Positions 25,801 through 36,127 of a stretch of DNA of 64,000 nt are shown here, piece after piece. Numbering within the stretch: position 1 is the first letter of the stretch; every line of letters starts with the position of its first letter. The notes below the pieces were generated by a model that searched no databases, had not been told where the DNA came from, and saw only the letters and a program-made list of their open reading frames with translations. The position numbers and the translations under genes are program-made. Origin of the DNA: Entomortierella parvispora E1425 (taxonomy: Eukaryota; Fungi; Mortierellomycota); the NCBI GenBank assembly GCA_020891255.1, contig BQFW01000002.1, forward strand, positions 1,860,001-1,924,000, written 5' to 3'.

Positions 25801-27218
25801 CGAACGCAGCCGCAACAAAGACTTCTTCCAACGAGACACCGTATTGTAGCATTCGCAAGAGATTGAGGATATATTGCCCAAACTTGATGAGCAACATCTG
25901 GTCAGGGTACTGGTCCAAACGGAGTTCAAAGCCCTTTGTTTGATCCACATGAATGTTCCTCTTGTTGGCGACCCCGGGTGTCTCTTGAGAGTCGTAAGTG
26001 ATAACCTCGTGCTCGCAGCAGTCGCAGAGAAAGTGGAGACGCATCTTGTTGTGGAGAATGTTGCCAAAGGACCATTTCGATGGATTCTCGGGAAGAAGAA
26101 CAAACAAGGGAGGATGTGGACAAGATTCTGCTTCATACTTTTGAGCCAAGATAGCACCTGTGATCCTCTTGATAATCCCCACGCGATCATGGACCAGATG
26201 GCGCTCTGTGGGGTCGTCAATGACCAAAGGCACATATGGAACCTCGACATTGGACCGCGCCCCTGTTAGCTGTGGTTGAAGAGTGCCAGTATCGAGCGGC
26301 TCATATGTAGGTGGTGGGAGGGTGGTATCGTCCTCGGCCTCCTCTGGTATTGCGGTGTGATGATGCGACGACACGGACGTGGACAGTGTGGATGGGACGG
26401 ACGAGTCCCGGGTTCTATTTTCGAATTGAGGAGGTCCCAATCTCAGTCTCTCAAAGCTTTGTACAGTTGCCAGTGGTCGCGACTGCGGGGCTGGTGGAAT
26501 CCCAATGGCAGCAGTGATGGTAGCAGTGTTTGCAACACCGTTGTCCTCGTCCTCATCTTCGTCCTCGTCTTCTTCGTCTTCCCCATCGTCTTCATCGTCT
26601 TCGTCGGATGATTCTGCAGACTCTGCCATGTCGAAGGAGATATCGCTTTCCTCGCCCTCCTCGCCATGATCGCTGTCATTTGCATTGAACGGAGGCAAGT
26701 CGAGGATGCCCGGGATCGGATGGGTGTGGACGGTATTCATGGGTGTGATCGAGGCAGTGGCCGAGGCAGCGGCGGCGGCCAATCTGGAGGCGGTGGCCTC
26801 TCTGGACCACTCGAGCACGCTGTTGTCGGAAAAGATCTCGAGCACCCGGTTCTCAAAGAAGGGGATCCGTAGGGGGATCTTTCTAATCGAGTCAACAAAC
26901 AGAAGGTAAGAAGGGGAGCGTGTCAGTCTCTTGAAGATGCAGGCACAAAGAGGGATTGTCGGTTGTCGGTCGACTCTTAATGCCGCAGCAATATTTTGAC
27001 GGAACGACCGACCGACAGAAAGGTATCTTTTTCTCTTACGGTACACCGGACGCGTTCGTGGTAAAAGGGATGCGGACCCCGTACGAGGAGATGGTACTTG
27101 TGTTGGGGAAGATGGCATCAATGTCCCTGAGGTAGATACAGGGCAGGCCCTGTTCATCTGAACTCACAGCCACTAGTTCCTGTACGCCCCTTTGTTCAAT
27201 GGTCTGGTAGTCGTCCAT
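22853..27218 (-). CDS. Large RNI-like LRR protein with lineage-typical N-terminal domain and central Cys/His module
   Basis: ATG 27218 (MDDYQTIEQRG...IYLRDIDAIFPN...GVRIPF), intron about 27039-26890, then one exon of about 4 kb. LRR segments such as LSRLQRLDLFRI, LEDLELCFIGF, LRRLVIHGKGL, LTHLELCSFDSV, LRTLRLSCSSL. Acidic and Ser-rich linkers. Confidence 0.75.
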
Positions 27219-28115
27219 GCTGGTTCCTGACGGTGGAAGAGGGCACCCTTTTGTAATATTGGACGCGGTGGGTGGACAAGACAGGAAGGGGCGAGGGTTG
27301 GTTAGTTTTGAGTGACCGTCGAAAGGAATGAGCAGAGTGAATGAAAGAGTGAATGGACGAAGAGACAAGGGAATGAGAGAGAAAGAGAATGAGAATGAGA
27401 ATGAATGAATGAATAAACAAAAACGAATGAATGAATGAGTGAATGAAAGAAAGAAAGAAAAAGAGAAGAAAGAACAAGAGTTGCGTCCACAAGAAGCTAC
27501 GCCCTGCGCGCTGCTCTTTATACGGATGTCAAGAACTAACAAAGAACGAGCACAACCCAAGGAAAGGGAAGCAATGACACCAGTCGACACAGCCCGAAGA
27601 GGGCAATTCCCATCGACTCTTCTCTTTGCCCTGTCCAAGAGACTGAGAGCATGTCCTTGAGAGCATCGACAGACAGACAGACAGACAGACAGACAGAATA
27701 GACAGGGCATGTCCCGTTCTATTTTTTTTCCCCTGTGCTTCTTTTGTTTCTGGCCCTCCTCCTTTTTCTTCTTCTCTCTCTCTCTCTTTCTGGGTTTACC
27801 CTGCCCGCAATCCCATGACTGCGAGTCGAGCTGGTGAGTTCGTATGTCCTTCACTCTCTTCATTCGCTTGGGCTGTGCTCGCATCCTTCGCTGTCACAGA
27901 GCTTGGACCAAGAGCTCAAATCACAGCTGGGCTTCCTCCCACGCCCCCACCCACGCCCAGCATTTGGGGTCGGCTCTCTTTTCTTGCTGAATGTTCAGGG
28001 TTGAGTCGACTGTAGAGTTTCCTTGTCCTTCGTCATCGGTCAGCTTGGTATTGTTTTTGACAAATAGGAGGGGAAAAAAGCGCGTTCATTTCCTCTTTTA
28101 TTATCTTCTTTTGGC

Positions 28116-31100
28116 TCAGTTTAATGCCTCCCGTTCTTGAAGGAAATGATCCTCGTCCTTTGACACTTGGACAATGCAAAGCTCAATGTCGACCTTGAGT
28201 GAACACAATAGATCGATCCAGACCTGCTGTTTCGAAGACAGTCGGTCGCCGGGTCCTTTGACTTTTTTTTTTTTTTTTTTTTTGGTTGCATGATGGTGGC
28301 AACAGAGAGAAGAAAATGGATTGTTAATGCCTGCCACGTTGGTTCAATCAGGCGATTTGTTTCGATGCGACCAAAAAAACAAAACAAAACAAAAACAGAA
28401 AAACAGCTCTTCATCCTCTGCTCATTCACAAGACCCACCTTCCACAAATTTGACCAGCTTCTTTTCGTAGTTCCAGCAACTATTTTTTTTTTTTTGGATC
28501 AAAACAAAAAGGCATCATTAGTATCCTCCCTTTAAACATCATTCCCTGCTCATGCATGAGAGCTGCCACAAGTAATAATTCGTTTTTCATCTTACCACAG
28601 GTCAGGCATCCCTGAACATCGTTTGCTGTACTCTTGTGCCATGATCTTGCATATCTCTGATAAAGCACTCGCTCCAATGCACTGTTAAATGGAGAGCAGA
28701 CTTCTGTTTGTGAGAGAAGCTCTTGTTTGTGTCTGCATGACAATTAACCCTAACGGACGTCACTTGATCATTACCTCTGCAATCTCGAGCAACTCTTCTT
28801 TTTTAAACACCCAATTGACCCCAACACAAAACACCTTCTTGGGCCTATGGAGGTCATCGTGCTTTTGAATCAAGTCCAGATAGAAGCACTCCTGTCTTTT
28901 CCTGACCAAATATTCGTCGTACACCTGCCGAATGAGCCGTTCCTCGCTATCCTCGTCTTCCAGCTCCTGTATAATCTCTTCTTCGAATAGCATGTTATCC
29001 AAGAGCTTTTCGTCTGCCTTTCTCTGCACTGCAATGGGCCGAGGCTCATCAAAACTTGACTCAATTTTGATCTTTTTCTTGCTGGTTGTCGAGGGAACGA
29101 CCATAGAATCGGGGTTTTCTAAAAGAGCTGAACCTGCAATCCTGTCGATGCGTTCCATGATCACGTCCTGTCGTTGAAGAAAAAACGCGTCTGTCCGGAG
29201 ATCCAACGGCTCTGACTGATACGAAGTTTCAAAGACGCCCGGTTGAGGGAGAAAGAGAATATCCCAGAACAATAGTCCAAAAAGGGTGGCCAGGATGCTG
29301 TTTTCAGAATGGTAGCCCTTGTAACCAAGGGTGCCATAGTAGCTGAGTGCCAATTCCTCCACACCGCAGTCTGATCCATCTATATTCCTCCAGAGTGGTC
29401 TTTGAAGAGCTGTAGGGTGACTCGGACCCATAGAGCTGGGAACGTACGAGTAAGAGTGGGAGGAAGCGTAGGATGGTGCCACTGTTCCTGGGGTATTCAG
29501 TCTCTCGCCTGTAAGAATGCGCTTCTGTGCTGTTTTGAGGGCGAGATACGAAAAGTCGTGTCGTTCTCTGAAGGCCACTTTGAGCTCGGACTCAAGCCTC
29601 ACGATTCTAGCCTGAAGTAACGTTGCGTCGACTAGCGAAGAAAAAGGTGTTTAGAAATGCATGTTCACGTTTTGCAAACAAAAATTCAAAGTTACATTGC
29701 ATTTCTTACCTGCGTGCACATGTTTGTCGCGCAGAGCTGTCATGCAAACTTGAAGCGCCTCTTGCTTACCCATGCGCTTCTGAAAGGCATAGTTAGACTT
29801 GACCAAAGCCAGACGATCATACCATCCTCCTCTTTGTCCCAAAGAATATATGTGCTGGTCGAGTAACTCGTGCAGTAAGACCGATTCTTCCTCAAATCTC
29901 TTCAGAAAAGCAAACGCCCTCAGTTCAAGTCGAAGAATTTGGGTGTAGACCCAGCCTGTGATATTAAAAACCAATTAGTCCACAGCGGATAACAAGACAA
30001 CAGTTGAAGTTATCTATCAACAATGCTTACCTGGGGAGAATCGAAGCAAAAAGTAATTTGGGTTCTGCTTGGAAACTTCCTCTTCGGTTGCGATATAGTC
30101 CCTCCATGCATCTCGGACACCTTCAGCCGCTTGAATAACCTTTTCGTAAATCGAAATGACCTCGGCTCGTCTTCTTTCCGTTTCAGCCTCAGTCATGGCG
30201 TTGCTCTGCTTTGAAATCCTGCCAGATGCCACGCCGTCGTTATCTGCATCCCGTACATAAATAGTTGCCCCTCGGCCTGGTCCCATGGCAGACTCGACTA
30301 GCTCTGATAACTCAAAGTGGAGTTTGATGGCCTCCTCATACTTTAGCAACTCAGATCTGTTCTTGAAGACGGTGTTTGTTCGAGTGATTTCATAATTGGG
30401 GAATGTCCGCTGACCAATCTTGGCCAGGATGGCCTCCAGAAGCGCTGGTCTATCAGAATATTCACGAGTCCGGTAAAACACGAGATGAAGTCGCTCAAAC
30501 ACTTTGGCGACTTCGGGGTATATTTTTACACATTGTCCTATAGGGGGGAACAACAACCAATGTCAATTGCGGCCTTACTGCGACTGAACGGGGTTTGATC
30601 ATCAAACAATCAAAGATGCCTACCTGATATATTTGTGATCTTGTCCACTAGAGCACGATCCCTTTTTGAGGCATTTCCTGAAAAGATATGGGTTGCCAAT
30701 CCTGCTTTTCTAGCTTCTCCTTCGCGGCCTCCGTTGGGGTCTCCTCCGGGCGCAAGTAATAGCCGCCTCGAGATGAATGACTGTTGCCGGAAGTGCTCCG
30801 ATATCATTGACATAAGAGCTTGCCTCTATGGAATATGTGGTTGGGTTATTATAATGGACCTGCAAAAACAACAAAGCTTGACGTGGCACTAAAAAACTTG
30901 GGATCATTACCTGCTTTCCAGATAACGATTCTTTGATGCCAGTTCTCCGAGCCAGCAACTTTAATTCGTCCATGGTAAGCATTGCTAAAGCCTCTTCTGG
31001 ATCCTGGAGCGAGTTTCGATCCATCAAGAGTCCAACATTAATCAATTGCTGAAGGGCCGACTCCAAGTCCTCAATCTCCCTGTAGCGCCCCTCGAGTTTG

Positions 31101-32027
31101 GATTGACGGAACCAAAACTTCTGTCTCCTAAGGAACAGTCTGACAAAGAGATGCTTGGGGTCATCTATTTTGTCCACGAAGCCAACTTTAGTGATCATTG
31201 CTATGGTGGGGCGTGAGTTTCAATATATAGGCTGTTATGGATCAGGAAGACCTTTTCTTCTTACCTGGCAAAGACCTATAAGTCTCAAACAAGGTATGCT
31301 CCTCGTCCGTGAACAAGAACGATTCTTCTGGAAGGACCGTGTCTAACGCAAGCTCAAAGGCAGCAACGTAAACCGTCTTCCATCGATACTCTGTCGGAAG
31401 AATCACATCCAATGCCGGTTCTTCGCCATCTCCCTCGGGCTCTCGTTTGATCTTGATGGCACCTTGTTCGTCGATTCCCTCTTCTGATTTGATTTTTGTG
31501 CCTGTTGGATCTTTTTCAGATTCATCTCCTTCCGCGCCTCCCTCATCCTGTATGTCTTCCGGTCTGATTCTTCTGGAAAAGTGTACCAGATCGTCGCCAT
31601 CGTCCTCCTCCCCATTGTTCACGTCATTGCGGTCGCTGTTTTCCTCGCTATCGCCATTGGTGCTGTCGAAGTTTCCGCCTTCGTCGATTGATGTTTCGAG
31701 AATAGTTGTGAATGAGATATCCGATCCAGCCCCTACAGCCACTGCACCATTGCCACTGAATGTCTCTGACAGTGTTCTTGAGACCAAATTGACATGAATC
31801 GTGGGAGGGGCAGTCGATGAGGATGGTCTCCAATGGTCGAGGCATGATGCATGGTTGTCATTTTTGGTGGCGCTATCCGGCGAAGGAGAACTCTTTTTGA
31901 CATTGACTCCATGTCGACTAAAGTCCAGCGGCATTTGTCTTTTGCCACCGGTAGTCATCGTCGTTCCCGAAGCCGCTGTCGCCTTGGCCCGCGGCCCTTT
32001 TGCCTTTGACGCGCTCTTGTTTCTCAT
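28116..32027 (-). CDS. FAN1: Fanconi-associated nuclease 1 (VRR-NUC domain)
   Basis: AFELALDTVLPEESFLF, LFVRLFLRRQKFWFR, VAKVFERLHLVFYR, RGGWYDRLAL, GYHSENSILATLFGLLFWDILF, and catalytic ...SGMPDL|CWNYEKKLVKFVE|VKGPGDRLSSKQQVWIDLL. Multi-intron. Confidence 0.9.
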
Positions 32028-32472
32028 AGCATTGATGTGAAGGAGAGGTGAAGAAAGGAGAATGGAGATCACTTCATGTCGAAGAAAAGGTCCCGCAAGT
32101 GGCGGAATTCAAACTCCGCCCCTAGCGCGCAGCACTGGATTTGGTTATTAATATTTATTCCAATTTATTTTACTCTGGATTTCAGCAGGCGTAGTGGCGT
32201 ACGAGGCATCGAGCTAGACCTATGTTGGCTTCGCTATCGCCCATACACAATCATCATGGTCGACTAAGACAATCATCTCTTTACGCGCCAGCTGAAGGAC
32301 TACTAACGTCGGTGGTGGCAAACGCGTGCGAAGGTGACTGGGGCGATCCTCCCCCTTGCGTCCCGTGTTGTTGCACCACCAGAACATCACCTATTTTTTT
32401 TTTTTTTTTTTTTTTTTTCGCGCGTGTCTTACATAAAATGCATTTGACTTACAAAAAAGAAAGATCTTCTTC

Positions 32473-32547
32473 ACTTTCACCACAATCACTTTCCCCACAA
32501 TCCCTTTCCCCACAATCCCTTTCCCCACAATCGCTTTCCCCACAAAA
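32473..32547 (+). repeat. 15-bp minisatellite (CTTTCCCCACAATC core) x5 directly upstream of the esterase-1 ATG
   Basis: Five consecutive units visible; the paralogous upstream region near 36100 has only one similar unit. Confidence 0.9.
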
Positions 32548-32552
32548 CACAC

Positions 32553-34948
32553 ATGATTGTTCGCACAGCCTCACTCTCGACGGCCATCTCGCTCACATTC
32601 CTGGCCGCGAGTGTCTCCCTCCCCACATCCACCTCGGCCGCGACCCTTGTCGAGAACCCACCTTCCGCCAACAGCTTGGGAGGCGCTCATATCTTGCTCG
32701 AGAATGATCTCGACTCCAACACAGCTCGGTATCCCGTCATCTTTCTCTCCAAACCTTTATCTTACAATAACAGTCGAGCGGCCTGTGCTACTCTCGGTGA
32801 GGATCTCGTTCAATCCTCTGGTTACGGCAATTTGACCCGGATCTTGAGCAACACTCCCGTTGCCCAGAATGAAGTCAAGGGTTCTCGCCGTTTTTGGGTT
32901 GCCAACAAAGGCAATGACGCTTCTCATTGCACAGCCTTTGATCGTCGCGATGGTTCGACAGTTCAGTTGTCCTGTATGGCCAAATTGCCATCCCTCTGCA
33001 AGAACTCGGTCGCCAGGACCATGTTCGGGGCCACGAATGACAAGTCAAAACAGATCACGGTCACACCACCCGAAGGGTTGGCACTTATCAAGGGTATCGC
33101 GATCAAAGCTCTTTTCGATTTCTCGGTATTCCTTACGCACAAGCCCCTGTGGGCGATCTTCGGTTCGCAGCTCCCAAGCGATGGACTCTTGCCAACAAGA
33201 ACAGCTCCTCTTCAGTCGTGGACGCGACCGAGTTTGGTCACCCTTGCATTCAACGCCCCTTTGCTGGCTCGGGACCCAGCACTGAACAAGAAGATATCAT
33301 GCTTCTTGGTGGCACCCAGTCCGAGGACTGTCTTTTTTTGAACGTTTTCACGCCTACGTTGAACATTAACCAAGCAGGAGGCCTGCCCGTCATGGTGTTT
33401 ATCCACGGTGGAGCTTACACCACTTTCTCTGGTACGATGCCTATCTATGAGCCTGGCAACGTCGTCTCTCGAGGAGGTGTGGTCGTTGTCACCTTGAACT
33501 ATCGTCTCAGTATCTTTGGCCTCTTTGAGAACACTCCCGCCATTTCTCGCTCAAAGGCTCCCGGTAACCTGGCTACCAGGGATCATATTGCTGCTCTACT
33601 CTGGGTCCGAGAGAACATTGCCGCATTCGGTGGAAACCCCAGTAAAGTAACCATCTTTGGTGAGTCGGCTGGTGCAGTCTCCCTGCGCGCTTTGATCTCT
33701 GCTCCTTCAGCCTTTGGTCTTTACAACAACGTCATCTCCATGTCGGACCCCATGGGTATCCCTTTCTCGAGCTCCAAGGTTGCGTCTGGTAATTTGGGTG
33801 CTGGTACGATGAAGGCGCTCGGCTGCCAAGCTTCCGATCTTGCTTGTGCGCAAAAAAAGACGGTGGACGAGATTCAGCAGGCTCAGACCCAAGCCATCAA
33901 CGACACCCTTGCCAAGAACATTTGGATCCCCAACATTGCCGTCTTTCGTCCGAACGCCGATGGAGAATTCATCCCTGCTGATTTTGCAGACCTGGTCAGG
34001 ACAGGTCGCTACAACAAGAAGGCCAACATTCTTTTCGGAACCAACCGAAATGAATATGACCTCTTCACACCAGCGTATTACCCAGATCCAATCCCTTTGA
34101 CAGCCAACGCGACTCTGGGCCCTGTGAAAATGTTCCACGAGGCCAACTGGACCCGGAAACTCTTTGAGAACTCGCCTTATTACAGGTTCAGCGGTTCGGA
34201 GGATGACACTGTCCGCAGAGTGTGGTCTCAGGTTGCGACAGACTCGAATTTCGGATGTGCTGTTCAGATGATGACCCGCGCCGTGTCCACCAGCAACGGC
34301 GGCGGTGATGGTAAAGTCTACTTGTATCGAAACGACCATGGACGATCCCAAAACGCGGCCATGGGTGACCCTGTCTTGCCATTCTGTGTGGGTCAAGTCT
34401 GCCATTCCGATGATCTCGTCCCTACGTTCGCATCTGGAGATGTCTTTGCGTTCCCTGGTCAGACTGGCGATGACGCTCGGTATGCACGACAGGTGGTCGA
34501 TCGCTTCTCGACGTTTGCTAGAACGGGAGATCCAAACCCAGCAAAGGGTGCGGCGGGTGCGGCAAGTTCGAACGAGGATCTCAAGGTGCAGTGGCCAGTG
34601 TTTGAGACGGCCAGCAGCCCAGTCTTCCACTTTGACGTGACCAACAGCTCCGTGATTGACAATGCGGACAAGGGAAAGTGCAATTGGATTGCGCAGAATG
34701 TCCAATACTACTATCAGATCCACAGCCCCAGTGGCAAAGTAGTTCCCATTTATCCATCAATTGAGAAGGCAGCGATATTCAACGCGTGGTTCTATCTGAT
34801 ATCTCACCGATTTAAAGCAAATATGTGCACTCTTGTGCGGAAACCTGATGAGCGACGTCAGTTCAAACGACTGACTCCTTACAGAAATAAAAAAAAAACA
34901 AACAAATCCTTGCTTTTAAATTATTCTCTAGCTGATCTTCACAACTAG
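32553..34948 (+). pseudogene. Type-B carboxylesterase copy 1, frameshifted, with stop codon lost
   Basis: Aligns to the intact copy at 36128-38344. An extra AC near 33063 (GTCACACCACC vs GTCACCAC) breaks the frame after QITVT. GESAG, Glu and His motifs are intact downstream. Homology ends at 34763 and the frame reads on into unrelated sequence. Confidence 0.8.
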
Positions 34949-35024
34949 GATTCAGATGGAAGTGCAACAGGTTACCTATAGCTATAGTCTGTTGGGATAC
35001 TTTTATTGGCTATATTTAGCTGAC

Positions 35025-35957
35025 CTACACATGAGAAGGCGCTCTTGTCCTCCTATGGGCGATATTGACTTGTTCAGGAGGCCCAAGTCCGTCCAGATCA
35101 TGTGGTGGAAGTCTGAGAATAGAACGCAGGTTCTCCACATTGACTTCAAATGACAACAGAGCACCTTGAATCCGGACTTCAATCTTTTGATATTTGGAGA
35201 CATGTTGCTCCTCATTTTGTGCTTCCCTTCTTCGGTCAGGTTGTTCCTTGTGTAGGTCCAGGTGCCGTGTTTGTCTGAAAGTTGCAGTTTCTGGAAGGGT
35301 GACAGGTTCATCTGGGTCTGGCAGCTGAGCCTCTCGCACACGAGCGATCCGTCCCGGTGCTTGTAACTGTTCATTATCAGTCGCCTGTTGGATACGCTCT
35401 GCTGCCGCTGTTTTTTGGCCAGCTGTTGTCCGATGGGTCTTTGTGCCACTGCCTCCACCTGCATTGACGGCTGACGCGCCTGCTCGAGCTTCTGGATATT
35501 GGACATAAGCAAATACCTGAACAACAACGTCCGTTGGACGGACTCCGCGTTTTACCTCCATTATCCACGCCTTTTTTAAGGATGCCAGATAGTTGTCCTC
35601 GTCCAAAAGTTGAAACAGTTTTGCTGTTGCATGCTTGGATGGTTTCACATAGGGCTGTCCATTGATGGGCCAGCGGACACCAGGGACGTTGGTTGGGATA
35701 CATCCACGAATGCGTGCACACAGTATGTGGAATGTGTCCTCCTTACAATCATGTCGCCATGGGGGTGGATCAGGAAGGTCGCCAAGTTTTCTGTTGTGAG
35801 CTGCGAGCGCGGGAAGTTTTCGAATGTTAAGCTGTATTGTGAGGTGCTCTGGATCCTCAACAATATCTGACGAGGGATTTTCAGTAGCAGAGGGCGAAGT
35901 GGGGTGTGGGGGCGATGAAATCCCTGTAGCGGGAGGTAGAGTCGGTGAGGTCGACAT
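35025..35957 (-). CDS. Intronless 310-aa hypothetical protein between the esterase duplicates
   Basis: Uninterrupted 933-nt ORF with ATG start and globular-looking composition; function not recognised. Confidence 0.6.
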   Translation of the reverse strand: MSTSPTLPPATGISSPPHPTSPSATENPSSDIVEDPEHLTIQLNIRKLPALAAHNRKLGDLPDPPPWRHDCKEDTFHILCARIRGCIPTNVPGVRWPINGQPYVKPSKHATAKLFQLLDEDNYLASLKKAWIMEVKRGVRPTDVVVQVFAYVQYPEARAGASAVNAGGGSGTKTHRTTAGQKTAAAERIQQATDNEQLQAPGRIARVREAQLPDPDEPVTLPETATFRQTRHLDLHKEQPDRRREAQNEEQHVSKYQKIEVRIQGALLSFEVNVENLRSILRLPPHDLDGLGPPEQVNIAHRRTRAPSHV

Positions 35958-36127
35958 GGACGAGGGTAAAGAAGCAACAAGGACTTTCTACCCACTACAG
36001 CATGGGACTTTTTCCTTTTTTTTTTTTTTTTCACGCATGTCTCAGTTAAATTTGAAGAACATTTGGGCAAAAAAAAAAAAAAAAAGGAATCTTGATCACC
36101 TTCTCCACAAAACACCAGAAACATAGG

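Noticed and set aside
34845-34887. CTGATGAG followed by a hairpin and GAAA, suggesting a hammerhead ribozyme
   Set aside because: Stem II does not close directly on the core (no G-C pair before GAAA), and no stems I/III were found.
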